Assembly: GCA_031274035.1 (NCBI GenBank)
Contig: JAISQR010000388.1
Location: 1 to 54,349 of the forward strand
From: Treponema sp.
Lineage (GTDB): Bacteria > Spirochaetota > Spirochaetia > Treponematales > Breznakiellaceae
Direction of reading: 5' to 3'
DNA length: 54,349 nt
In this document: in pieces, positions 35,457 to 44,715 of the stretch
Layout of the letters: every line of letters starts with the position of its first letter
Numbering within the stretch: the stretch's first letter is position 1
Program-made: the position numbers and the translations under genes
The notes under the pieces: model-generated
The model's input: only the letters and a program-made list of their open reading frames with translations
Told to the model about the DNA's origin: nothing
Database searches by the model: none

Positions 35457-35897
35457 TTATCGCTTTAGGACAGAAACGACCCTTTCCAGTACCTTTTTTC
35501 GATCCAGCGGTTTAACGATATAGCTTTTTGCACCCATCAAGAGAGATTTTTTAACCACATCTTCTTTTCCCAAGGCGCTGACCATGATAACCACCGCTTC
35601 TTTATCGAATTCCAGTATTTTTTCCAGGGCGGAAACTCCATCCATTACCGGCATTGTGATATCCATCGTTACAAGGTCAATATTAGGATATAGCTCCTTA
35701 TATTTTTCCAACCCCTGGGCTCCGTCACCGGCAGTGGCCGCGACCTCGAACCCCTCTGAAGTGAAAATTTGACCAAGCTGCTTTGCTATAAACATGGAAT
35801 CATCAACAACAAGAACCCGGTAAGCACCCCCTTCGGGTTTTTGACCCTCCGGCGGTTTATCATTAAGATTGGGCATATCACTCTTTGCAATCATCAT
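35457..35897 (-). CDS. CheY-like single-domain response regulator
   Basis: VLVVDDS, DLVTMDITMPVMDG, IMVSA, and K in YIVKP. The ATG at 35897 has AGGAG 8 nt upstream; the track start is 35939. Confidence 0.85.
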   Translation of the reverse strand: MMIAKSDMPNLNDKPPEGQKPEGGAYRVLVVDDSMFIAKQLGQIFTSEGFEVAATAGDGAQGLEKYKELYPNIDLVTMDITMPVMDGVSALEKILEFDKEAVVIMVSALGKEDVVKKSLLMGAKSYIVKPLDRKKVLERVVSVLKR

Positions 35898-36083
35898 GCG
35901 GACGCTCCTCTTATCTTTTAACTCTACGTTAAAGGACATTACAAGTCAAGGCTCATTCAACTTCAATAATAACAAATTTTTCATCGTTAATATAGATACT
36001 TAAAATAATAATATTTATTTTTTATGATTTCTACCCTGTATTGAGCGCAAAATAATAGTATACACCGCAAGGCATTGTTATAA

Positions 36084-36139
36084 CGCTATATATAGCGTGT
36101 TTTGGTATTATTTTAGAATATCATGCGCTATATATAGCG
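36084..36139. promoter_or_regulatory. Two identical perfect 14-bp palindromes CGCTATATATAGCG spaced 42 bp start-to-start
   Basis: 36084-36097 and 36126-36139, in the 417-nt divergent region between the CheY-like gene and dus. Confidence 0.7.
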
Positions 36140-36238
36140 TATATAAAAACTGAATTTTATGGTAAGTCTTTACAATACAAAGAAATGACGCCGCTGCAAA
36201 GCCCTCCGCGTTGGGCGTTTTTTTAAATAAACGAGGCA

Positions 36239-36263
36239 GTTCCAAAATCTGACATTTTGGAAC
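36239..36263. repeat. Family D hairpin GTTCCAAAAT-ctgac-ATTTTGGAAC
   Basis: Nearly identical to the core of 17177-17207 (loop ttgac versus ctgac). Confidence 0.8.
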
Positions 36264-36314
36264 CAGCTCAAAAGACAACTGTTATCGGAAAAGTGTTTTA
36301 GGTATACTAAGCAC

Positions 36315-37391
36315 ATGAATATTCCTTTCTTGCTGGCGCCTATGGCGGAATTGAGCCATAGGGCGCTGCGCGAATTGATAGAGGGCTTTGCTATATACTT
36401 TAACGGGTATTACTGTGGATGCGATGAATATTTTACCGAGATGATCAGCGCAGGCGCCCTTGTTTCCAGAGGGCTTTTTGAAAAATGGTATACCGATACC
36501 GGGCCCTGCCCGCGAAAGGTGGTTTGCCAGCTTACCGGCCATGACGCGGAACAGATAGCCCTGGCCGCGGCGGTGCTGGATCAAGGCGAATGCGCCGGCA
36601 TAGACCTTAATATGGGCTGTTCGGCGCCGACTATCGTAAGAACAGGAGCGGGGGTAAGCTGGATGGCCTCTATTGATAAGGCAGGGGCGCTGGTTCAAAA
36701 GGTAAGAAAGCAGGTACGGCGGCGCCTAAGCGTAAAACTCCGTATAGGTTTTGAGGACGATTTTGACTATCTGGTACGATTCTGCCGCAGGCTGGAGGAG
36801 GAGGGGGCGGAATTTATCACCCTGCATCCAAGGACGGCCAAAGAGAAGTTCAAGCGCAGTTGCCGCTGGGACTATGTTGAAAGTTTAAGCCGGATTTTGC
36901 GTATACCTGTCGCCGGGAATGGGGATATTGCCGATGCCGCGGCCTTGGCGCAAAAGGCGTCGGTAAAGGTTGGGGAGCGGCCCTACGGCGCCCTCATGGC
37001 AGGCCGCGCCGCGGTCCGCTGCCCCTGGATATTCGCCCAGGCGCGTATGCTGGAAATCCGGCGAAGGGAAGCGCCGGTGAATGCCGGTATAAGCACGGGC
37101 CGGCCGCCCTTGACCAGAATCGATCTTGAAGAGACTGCCCTGCGCTTCCTCGATCTTCTTTCGCGGTATCAGCCGCCGGAATTCCACCAGAGCAGGGCCC
37201 GCCGGTTTTTCAACTATTTCTGCGAGAACTTTACCTGGGCGCATTTCCTAAGAACCAGGCTGAACCGTGAAACAAGCCCCGGCAGGATGGCGAAGGTATT
37301 ACAGGCATACATACAGGAAAATCCTGGGGAGAAATTCGTGAATTTGGAAAAAAACGGGGGTAATTTTTACTCGGATCGACAGGGTGAGTAA
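36315..37391 (+). CDS. tRNA-dihydrouridine synthase (Dus family)
   Basis: MNIPFLLAPMAELSHRALREL (the LAPMAxxT/S motif), DLNMGCSAP, and a TIM-barrel-type pattern. There is no SD; TATACT lies 6 nt upstream of the ATG. Confidence 0.85.
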   Translation: MNIPFLLAPMAELSHRALRELIEGFAIYFNGYYCGCDEYFTEMISAGALVSRGLFEKWYTDTGPCPRKVVCQLTGHDAEQIALAAAVLDQGECAGIDLNMGCSAPTIVRTGAGVSWMASIDKAGALVQKVRKQVRRRLSVKLRIGFEDDFDYLVRFCRRLEEEGAEFITLHPRTAKEKFKRSCRWDYVESLSRILRIPVAGNGDIADAAALAQKASVKVGERPYGALMAGRAAVRCPWIFAQARMLEIRRREAPVNAGISTGRPPLTRIDLEETALRFLDLLSRYQPPEFHQSRARRFFNYFCENFTWAHFLRTRLNRETSPGRMAKVLQAYIQENPGEKFVNLEKNGGNFYSDRQGE

Positions 37392-37403
37392 AAATTACCC
37401 CCG
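37357..37403 (+). terminator. 17-bp perfect inverted repeat spanning the dus stop codon
   Basis: GGGGGTAATTTTTACTC (37357-37373) / GAGTAAAAATTACCCCC (37387-37403) with a 13-nt loop. No U-tract follows. Confidence 0.6.
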
Positions 37404-37556
37404 CAGGTTGTACCAGATTGAAAATATCCGCGCCAAAATAGCACGCAAAACGCGGTTTTAAATAAGACGCGGAACGGTTTAGCCCGTAATCTGGACGCAT
37501 TACGGCCGGACTCTATTTACTCCTCTCTCTAAATATCTTTATACTTGGTATGATTT

Positions 37557-37566
37557 TTGCTATAAT
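37557..37566 (+). promoter_or_regulatory. Extended -10 promoter element (TGcTATAAT) upstream of the MacA-like gene
   Basis: TATAAT at 37561-37566 with TG 1 nt upstream. GGAG lies 7 nt before ATG 37585. Confidence 0.45.
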
Positions 37567-37584
37567 TTACTATGGAGTATACCT

Positions 37585-38955
37585 ATGATAAAACTTTTCA
37601 AGCTGTTTCCCTATTTCATGGCTGTCGCCCTGCTTGCCGGAACAGGCTGCCTTGCCTCCGGCTGCGTTGCGGGTAAAAAGGGCAATGCCAAAACCTACGA
37701 ATTTACAGCTATCAGGAGGGGAACGCTGGAAAGGACGGTTTCCGCGTCCGGTTCGCTTAAACCAGTCGCCACCGTCAATGTGCTGCCCCGGATGAGCGGC
37801 AAGGTAGAAAAAATTAACGCCGATTATAACGACAGAATACGCAAAGGGGACATACTTGCGGAACTGAACACCGATATGCTGCGCCTACAGCGGGAACAGC
37901 AGGCGGCCCAGGTGGTAAAAACCAGGGCAAACTATGAACTGCAAGAGATAAACTTTCAGAACCAGCAGAGGCTGGCGGAAAAAAATCTTATATCCGAATA
38001 TGAATTGAAGACCGGTAAGACCAACATGGATGTACAGAAGGCCGAACTTTCCGCGGCGGAGGCAAGCCTCCGTGCCATAGAAACGGAGATAAATCAGTAC
38101 GCATTTATCACTTCGCCTATAGACGGCATTGTGCTTGAACGGAATGTCAACGAGGGTGAAACCGTGGTGGATAGTTCCAGCGGCAATTCGTCCAGCATGT
38201 TTGTTATAGCGGAGAATCTTGAGGAAATGCAGATAGAAGCCGCGGTGGGCGAACTGGATATTACATCTATCAGCAAAGGCCAGGAAGTACGTTTTACCCT
38301 CGAAAGCCTGCCGGGAAAGACCTTTTCGGGTTCGGTAGATACTGTACGGCTTATGCCCTCCACCCAGGACAATGTTGTAAATTATACAGTAATAATAAAT
38401 ACCGAAAACAAGGACGGGACCCTTCTGCCGGGCATGACCTGTTCGGTAGAATTTATCGTAGTGCGGAACGAGAATATACTGCTTGTGCCGAACGCCGCTT
38501 TGCGTTACCAGCCTACCTTTTTGAGCGAGGAAGAAATCGCCGGCTATGTTTTTAATGCTTCTCTTGCCGGTATGGACGAAGCGCAGAGGAAGGCCGCTAT
38601 TGAGGCGCGTTCCAGCCAGAGGAATGTCAGCCAGAATACAGGCGGCGCCTCTTCGCAGCCTTCCCAGGGCGGTTTGTCCGGGCTTATGTCGCCAGGCATG
38701 CCGGGCGGCAGGATGGCCCCCCCTGGGGGCAGGGGTAACGCAGGGCCGAATGTTCAGAGCGGGGCGGCAGAGAGGAGCGCACGGGGGGAGAATCAAAGCC
38801 CCCCAAGGCCGCTTTGGTATATCAATGACAGTAGGATCGATTGCGTCATGGTATGGGCCGGATCGAGCGATGGTTCGTATACCGAGGTAATGCCCGCAAA
38901 CCAGGCAGGGGGAACTATTGAAGGTATGCAGATCATCCTTAGGGAGAAGATATGA
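37585..38955 (+). CDS. Efflux periplasmic adaptor subunit (HlyD/MacA family)
   Basis: Lipoyl-like and coiled-coil hairpin pattern (GDILAELNTD.., SPIDGIVLERNV) and a G/P-rich C-terminal tail. ATGA overlap with the next gene. Confidence 0.85.
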   Translation: MIKLFKLFPYFMAVALLAGTGCLASGCVAGKKGNAKTYEFTAIRRGTLERTVSASGSLKPVATVNVLPRMSGKVEKINADYNDRIRKGDILAELNTDMLRLQREQQAAQVVKTRANYELQEINFQNQQRLAEKNLISEYELKTGKTNMDVQKAELSAAEASLRAIETEINQYAFITSPIDGIVLERNVNEGETVVDSSSGNSSSMFVIAENLEEMQIEAAVGELDITSISKGQEVRFTLESLPGKTFSGSVDTVRLMPSTQDNVVNYTVIINTENKDGTLLPGMTCSVEFIVVRNENILLVPNAALRYQPTFLSEEEIAGYVFNASLAGMDEAQRKAAIEARSSQRNVSQNTGGASSQPSQGGLSGLMSPGMPGGRMAPPGGRGNAGPNVQSGAAERSARGENQSPPRPLWYINDSRIDCVMVWAGSSDGSYTEVMPANQAGGTIEGMQIILREKI

Positions 38956-39752
38956 GGGCAGTAATCGAGATGCGGGGGATAAAGCGGATATACAAGATGG
39001 CGGGAAAGCAAAAAGAAGAGGTTGTGGTACAGGCTTTGCGCGGCCTTGATTTTTCCGCCGAAGAAGGCGAATTCGTTTCGGTGATGGGGCCTTCCGGTTC
39101 AGGGAAGTCTACATTGATGAACATTCTGGGCTGCCTTGATAAGCCGGACGAAGGCAGTTATCTGCTGGACGGCATAGAAACGACAAAATCCAATTCAGAT
39201 ACCTTTGCCCTTATCCGCAATAAAAAAATAGGCTTTGTTTTCCAGGCATTCAACCTTCTCGCGCGGACTACAGCCCTGGAAAATGTTGAACTGCCGCTTT
39301 TTTACAATAGGAAGCCTCTAAAAACTCCGGTTGGGTTTTTAGAGGCTTTCACCAGGCGGGAACAGCGGCTCGGCAGGAGCGTAGGAAAAGGCCGCGCAAA
39401 AAGCCAAAAGGAGCGCGCCGAAAAAGTGCTGAGGGAAGTCGGGCTGGGCGAGCGTATGGGGCACCTGCCTTCCCAACTATCAGGCGGCCAGCAGCAGCGG
39501 GTAGCTATTGCGCGGGCAATGGTAAATGATCCCGCCTTTATACTGGCAGATGAACCAACCGGTAATCTTGATACCAAAATGACGCTGGAGATCATGGGCC
39601 TCTTTCAGACCCTTAACGATCAGGGTAAAACTATCATCATGGTAACGCACGAGCCGGAGCTTGCCGCGTATACCAAGCGGACCATCACCCTGCGGGACGG
39701 GGCATTGGTTTCTGATATTACAAACCATCAGAGCCGTATCTATCCAGGCTGA
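38952..39752 (+). CDS. ABC transporter ATP-binding protein, MacB/LolD type
   Basis: [34 protein letters not shown]. Carries a roughly 35-aa insertion before the Q-loop-proximal helix. Confidence 0.85.
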   Translation: MRAVIEMRGIKRIYKMAGKQKEEVVVQALRGLDFSAEEGEFVSVMGPSGSGKSTLMNILGCLDKPDEGSYLLDGIETTKSNSDTFALIRNKKIGFVFQAFNLLARTTALENVELPLFYNRKPLKTPVGFLEAFTRREQRLGRSVGKGRAKSQKERAEKVLREVGLGERMGHLPSQLSGGQQQRVAIARAMVNDPAFILADEPTGNLDTKMTLEIMGLFQTLNDQGKTIIMVTHEPELAAYTKRTITLRDGALVSDITNHQSRIYPG

Positions 39753-39760
39753 GGGCTGCC

Positions 39761-40978
39761 ATGAACCTGTTACCGCTTCTGCTTACCTGCTTCCGCAATA
39801 TCTTCCGCAACCGGATGCGGAGCCTCCTTACATCCCTGGGGATAATCATCGGCGTAGGCAGCGTGATCATCATGGTAGCTATTGGAGAAGGGGCCCAACA
39901 GGAGATAGAAAACAGAATAGCGTCTATGGGAACCAACCTTATCCAGATAATGCCCCGGCGTTTCACGGGCAGGGGACAGGCAAACACGCCCCAGGCCAGG
40001 CCGGTGAGGATAAGCAAGGCGGATGCGGCCAAACTCAAGGCCGAGGCAAGCTACGCGCTGGCCGTTTCGGGGATCAGCCAACGGAACTTTACCGTGTCTG
40101 GAAACGGGGCGGTCTGGTCTACCGCAGTGATGGGGGTTGAGCCTGACTACCTTACCATACGGAGTTGGGATGTCGCGGAGGGCGTTTTCTTCGGCGAAGA
40201 AGACCTTTGGGGGCGGAACCGTGTGGCCGTCCTTGGGGCAACGGCTGCTTCCCAGCTTTTCGGTACGGCGGATCCCCTTGGCCAGCAGATACGGATAGGG
40301 ACCAACCACTTTACCGTAATAGGCGTGCTGAATAAAAAAGGCGCGGGAGGGGGCGGTAATGATCAGGATGATGTTGTTATGCTGCCCCTTGATACCTGCC
40401 TGACAAGGCTGCTCAATACCAAGTACCTCAATACTATCGCGATGAGCGTCGTCAGCAAGGAGTACATGGATGCCGCCCGCAAAGAGGCCGAACTGATACT
40501 GAAGGAAGCCCACGGGCTGAAGGAAAGCGACGCCCCGGATTTTGAGATTATGAACAGCGCCGATATTATCGATATGGCCTCGGAAACGGCGCGGACCCTT
40601 ACCGCTCTGCTGGCCGCGATTGCCGGTGTTTCGCTGCTGGTAGGCGGTATCGGCATTATGAACATCATGCTGGTCTCCGTTACCGAGCGCACCCGCGAAA
40701 TAGGCATACGGATGTCCGTTGGCGCGCGCCGCAGGGATATACTGTTTCAGTTCCTCTTAGAGTCTATCATATTAAGCCTTATGGGAGGACTTATCGGTAT
40801 CGGTACGGCCTTTCTGGTATGCCGCTTACTCGAATTTGCCGGTATACCTACGGCAGTCAATCCGGTAATTGTCATGGCGGCCGCGTTCTTTTCCGCCTTT
40901 GTCGGGGTCTTCTTTGGTTTTTACCCCGCGCGGAAAGCGGCGGGAATGTATCCTATTGACGCATTGCGGTATGAATGA
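39761..40978 (+). CDS. ABC transporter permease, FtsX/MacB type
   Basis: N-terminal TM segment, a large periplasmic domain, and the FtsX C-terminal four-TM module (GIRMSVGARRRDIL..). Confidence 0.85.
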   Translation: MNLLPLLLTCFRNIFRNRMRSLLTSLGIIIGVGSVIIMVAIGEGAQQEIENRIASMGTNLIQIMPRRFTGRGQANTPQARPVRISKADAAKLKAEASYALAVSGISQRNFTVSGNGAVWSTAVMGVEPDYLTIRSWDVAEGVFFGEEDLWGRNRVAVLGATAASQLFGTADPLGQQIRIGTNHFTVIGVLNKKGAGGGGNDQDDVVMLPLDTCLTRLLNTKYLNTIAMSVVSKEYMDAARKEAELILKEAHGLKESDAPDFEIMNSADIIDMASETARTLTALLAAIAGVSLLVGGIGIMNIMLVSVTERTREIGIRMSVGARRRDILFQFLLESIILSLMGGLIGIGTAFLVCRLLEFAGIPTAVNPVIVMAAAFFSAFVGVFFGFYPARKAAGMYPIDALRYE

Positions 40979-41173
40979 ACAGGGGGAGAGGATAATTATA
41001 CCTTCAAAGATATGGCGGCGCTAATGCCCGGCTGGAGGCAAAAGCGAAGGAACGGAAGGCAGGTAAGTCGATGAAGGGCTTGAGTTTTGAGACGGCTTTG
41101 CCCAAAAGATTGCAAAATTTTATCTTACAAAGTCCAACGGAACCGAAATTTTTTACAGGCGCCCGATAATGAG

Positions 41174-41226
41174 AATCCCGCAAACTTCACGAGTATAGGC
41201 TCAGAAAATTTGCGGGGATTTTCTTC
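41174..41226. terminator. Hairpin plus T-tract between the convergent MacB permease and lipoprotein genes
   Basis: AATCCCGCAAA ... TTTGCGGGGATT followed by TTCTTCTT. Confidence 0.6.
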
Positions 41227-42630
41227 TTACATTTCTTCACTAAACCCCAATACCTTAGCATTGGTCATCACGGGCTTGTACGGATCGCTTATATTGATCT
41301 CAACTATTCGTCCGCTCCAGGTTAGAGCCTGTGTTCTCACCTTACCCACACTGATATTTGGAGCATAATCATAAACATACAACTTGTCCCCGGACCAGCC
41401 GGCAAAGAATCCCGGGTTATAGAATGCGTGTACAGAACTATTACTAGAAGCGCCTACATCCTCTGCCAAAATACGGCCGGTTCGTGCGTCGGCGATAATA
41501 AATTCACCGCCGGCAGGCCCCTCTTCGCTATTGTATAGTACAAGAATATAGAGCTTTCCGCGGATAACCTTGATATCGGTAATTTGCCGGGTGTTTTCAA
41601 ACTGGGTTTTCAGGGAAAAATTTTGATCCTGAACAAAGGCAGCACCGGAAACACTGCCTTTTACAATGGTGAGCTTACCGTCTGATACGGCGGTAAGGTA
41701 GAGCGAACCGTCAATGTCAATATCCAAAGCGGCAGAAGCGCCGGCGCCGGCGGTATCACTGTTGGACGGCGGACTTGGTATGGTAAGATTGGGCAATAAA
41801 ATAGACTGTGCCGTATCGGCATTGGAAGTAAAATCATTTTTGTGTAGTTTATCCGTTCCTTTATTGAAACAAAGACTGTATAGGGCCTTTTCACGCGGGT
41901 TCCAGGCTATCGCATCAGGGTTTGTCTCATCCCCATATAATTGATCATGAATTATCTTGCGCGTTTCTGGATTGTAAATGACCTGTATTTGGTTCTCATC
42001 AGTTTTATACAGCGCTCTGCCCGGACCGTCCAGATCAAACCGGAAGGGAAGGTTATCTGGTCCAATGCCTAAATAAACAGAGTTTCCCAGCGACTCAAAA
42101 TCCGGTGAACTTCTTCCGGTAAATAAAAAATTATCACTATTATTTTGTTGAATAAAAATAATATCCCTATCCTGGGCAACAAGCTGAACAGGGACATTCG
42201 TGCTGACACCTGGTTCAACGCTGAAAACCTCGCTTTGGCCGCTATAGGACTGGGCAAAGGTCTTAGGTCTTGTTTCATCCCGGTTAATTTTCCCCTCAAA
42301 CCGGAGCCGGTAATTAGCGCCCGGCGGCACACCCAAGGTATAAGGGCCTTGATCGGTAAATTCCTTTTCGGCGGCTATCCTCTCACCGTCAAAAACAGTA
42401 AGGGCGACCTTTTCAAAAACCAGATTAACATCCGCGGGCCACGTGCCGCTGTAATCGCCATCGAGTGCGGTCCGCCCCTGAGATCCCAAGGCAACGGTGA
42501 TGGTTCCCTGACCGTCGAAGAGTTGATTTTGGTTACAAGAAATACCCATAAGGGTAGACAGCAGGATACTCAAACCCGCCGCGGCTTTGCAAAGAAAGGT
42601 TCTTTGCTTAAAAAAACATCTATCATTCAT
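41227..42630 (-). CDS. Lipoprotein of unknown function
   Basis: Lipobox LMGISCNQ and RBS GAGGGGGTGG. The repetitive beta-strand-like sequence suggests a beta-propeller or Ig-like fold; that is inference. Confidence 0.6.
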   Translation of the reverse strand: MNDRCFFKQRTFLCKAAAGLSILLSTLMGISCNQNQLFDGQGTITVALGSQGRTALDGDYSGTWPADVNLVFEKVALTVFDGERIAAEKEFTDQGPYTLGVPPGANYRLRFEGKINRDETRPKTFAQSYSGQSEVFSVEPGVSTNVPVQLVAQDRDIIFIQQNNSDNFLFTGRSSPDFESLGNSVYLGIGPDNLPFRFDLDGPGRALYKTDENQIQVIYNPETRKIIHDQLYGDETNPDAIAWNPREKALYSLCFNKGTDKLHKNDFTSNADTAQSILLPNLTIPSPPSNSDTAGAGASAALDIDIDGSLYLTAVSDGKLTIVKGSVSGAAFVQDQNFSLKTQFENTRQITDIKVIRGKLYILVLYNSEEGPAGGEFIIADARTGRILAEDVGASSNSSVHAFYNPGFFAGWSGDKLYVYDYAPNISVGKVRTQALTWSGRIVEINISDPYKPVMTNAKVLGFSEEM

Positions 42631-42754
42631 AATACCACCCCCTCTATAATGCAGTGCCTCAGATTATCCGCAAAAACGCTTATCGCGGATAACCTTCTAC
42701 CGGAAACAGGGTTCCCCCGCCTCCGTTATGCACTAACCGGTACACAACAAAATT

Positions 42755-43423
42755 TCAGAATCCCAGTTCCACGTTAATTCCGCCATTGGCGGCCCTATCG
42801 TCAATAGGAGCGGCAGGTCTGCTAATGCCGCCCAAACCCGCGGGTAAAGACGGGTAGAGCCCTCCTTCATTTACCGGGGAAGACAATTTCCCGTTATCGC
42901 TTACCGTGCTTGAACGGCCCGCGTTTACCCGTATTATTTTTCCACCACCGCCCGCCAATGCAACCGACCCGCTTATAACACTCAGCTTCTTAGTGCTTAA
43001 ATTAAATTCCGTACCGCGCACCGACGCGGTAGCTGAAGGGCCGCGTACAGAAAAATCGATCTTCCCGCCTTCGGGGGCCTTAACATCCGCCCTTATATTA
43101 CCGGCGGACATGGCCAGTTTTACCTGGTCCTGACCGTTAGCGCGGCCAATCTCTTCAACGCTCAACCGTGTAAGGGCTCTGACGGTTACTTTTGACCCCC
43201 CGATTATAAGAACCGCGCTGCTCTTGAAGCTCGTCGATATCTGAGCGTCCTTTTTTAGGGTCATACCTTTCTGAGCGGCAACCCAAACCGCGGAACCGGG
43301 GGTTTTCACCTCAACTTTACCGCTTACCTCTTCAATCTGTGTTAAAAGTTCTTCCGCACCCAGGATGGGAAGCATAAGGCAAAGCGCCGTCATACATACC
43401 GGTAAAAAAAATAAACGTTTCAT
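42755..43423 (-). CDS. FecR-domain (LipL45-like) secreted protein
   Basis: Signal peptide, then GKVEVKTPGSAVWVAAQKGMTLKKDAQISTSFKSSAVLIIGGSKVTV, which is typical of the FecR fold. Strong RBS GGAGGAG. Confidence 0.7.
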   Translation of the reverse strand: MKRLFFLPVCMTALCLMLPILGAEELLTQIEEVSGKVEVKTPGSAVWVAAQKGMTLKKDAQISTSFKSSAVLIIGGSKVTVRALTRLSVEEIGRANGQDQVKLAMSAGNIRADVKAPEGGKIDFSVRGPSATASVRGTEFNLSTKKLSVISGSVALAGGGGKIIRVNAGRSSTVSDNGKLSSPVNEGGLYPSLPAGLGGISRPAAPIDDRAANGGINVELGF

Positions 43424-43468
43424 GGTCTCCTCCGTACATCAAGATCATCAATAAATAATACAGACAGC

Positions 43469-43500
43469 GGCTTTCCTAAAACTTCAGTTTTGGGAAAGCC
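43469..43500. repeat. Family D-like hairpin in an intercistronic spacer
   Basis: GGCTTTCCTAAAAC-ttca-GTTTTGGGAAAGCC, 14 bp including one G.U pair. A half copy lies at 45202-45232. Confidence 0.7.
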
Positions 43501-43517
43501 TCAACCTTAATTGACAA

Positions 43518-44711
43518 TTACAACGAAATAACCGCCGATACCGAAATCTGCCAGAGTGTTTTGGCGTCGGCCTTAAACGCGTTACCAAGCTGAGGGAAAA
43601 AAGCCCCGCAGCCTGCGGTAACGAGCAGATCGGAAAGCGGGGCCCAGATAAGGGTTCCATAGAATTCGGCCCCAAGGAAATACGGACTATCTCCGGTATT
43701 GAATTTCAGATCGCTCTTTTGATAGGTTTGCTCATCAAGACGGAAGAGGTAATCGGCGGATAGATCTATAGAAAGAACATTAACAGGATGAAAAGTATAT
43801 CCAACGCGGGCGCCGGCCGTACCAGAGAGTTTTGCGCTGAGGATGGTTCCCTGCGAAGCGGCATTGACGGGCAGAAAGGGCTTTATAGTGTCGTTCCATT
43901 CGCCGGAACCGGCATGGAAGCCCAAGAGCAGGCGGTCTTCTATTTCGGTAGGGAGGTAACAGGTAAAGTCCGCGGAAACAGCGGCGGAAACCCCGTTAAA
44001 AGACCAGTCGTCTTCTATAAAACCGCATACACCGGAGAATCCAAACTCAAAATCGCTTCCTGCCGCAATGTCCGCATGAAGGAAGACATACTGGGAATCC
44101 ACGCGGGGCGAACGGGTATCGAACTGGGCAAACACGCCCAAGGATAGGGAATGATCCGAATTCAGTATACCGGGAAAGAGAACCTCGCCGTTAAGGTAAA
44201 TCCGGGGGGCGGAAAAATACCGCTCCGGTTTGCTATCGTCTATATCACTTTGAGAAAGCCTTATCTCCGCGGTTTCCTTATACAAGAGGCCCGAATAGTA
44301 AACCCCCGCGTTGATCTCCATCTTATCAAGGGCAATACCGGTACTAACCCCGTCAAAGAGGCCGGAAGCGATAAGACCGGAGGATTCCGCAAGGGAAAAC
44401 CGCCCCATATTCAGGGTGATGCCATCGGTCATCCGCCAGGTCAGTTCGGTACGGCCAAGCTCCGGGATAAGAAGGCCGGGAACCAGGGGATCTGTCTCCC
44501 GATTCGGCTCTACTTTCAGGGTGAGGCTTCCCGAAATATAGAGGTCAATATCCTCCCTCAACAGGAATGACGCCCACGGTTGTACGGTTTCGGTATAGAA
44601 AAAACCGTCTTGTGAATATTTAGGGGCCTGATTGAGAAGCACACCCCAATCAAGACCAAAAAGACCGGCTGATGCCGCCAGAAAAAGCATAGGACCAAGA
44701 ACACGTTTCAT
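43518..44711 (-). CDS. Secreted protein, possible outer-membrane beta-barrel
   Basis: Signal peptide MKRVLGPMLFLAASAGLFG and alternating hydrophobic/polar strands. No named motif recognised. Confidence 0.5.
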   Translation of the reverse strand: MKRVLGPMLFLAASAGLFGLDWGVLLNQAPKYSQDGFFYTETVQPWASFLLREDIDLYISGSLTLKVEPNRETDPLVPGLLIPELGRTELTWRMTDGITLNMGRFSLAESSGLIASGLFDGVSTGIALDKMEINAGVYYSGLLYKETAEIRLSQSDIDDSKPERYFSAPRIYLNGEVLFPGILNSDHSLSLGVFAQFDTRSPRVDSQYVFLHADIAAGSDFEFGFSGVCGFIEDDWSFNGVSAAVSADFTCYLPTEIEDRLLLGFHAGSGEWNDTIKPFLPVNAASQGTILSAKLSGTAGARVGYTFHPVNVLSIDLSADYLFRLDEQTYQKSDLKFNTGDSPYFLGAEFYGTLIWAPLSDLLVTAGCGAFFPQLGNAFKADAKTLWQISVSAVISL

Positions 44712-44715
44712 TCTT

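Noticed and set aside
37885-38796. Long antisense ORFs (37885-38796, 39770-40513, 46937-47905, 52119-52808, 4205-4759, 7349-7909)
   Set aside because: Each lies opposite a gene with clear family motifs. Such shadow frames are expected in GC-rich coding DNA, and their products are Arg/Gly/Pro-rich.
40979-41173. Possible small genes or an RNA in the 248-nt spacer after the MacB permease
   Set aside because: Only a 20-codon ORF without an SD is present. Apart from the terminator hairpin, I see no conserved structure and no repeat-family match.
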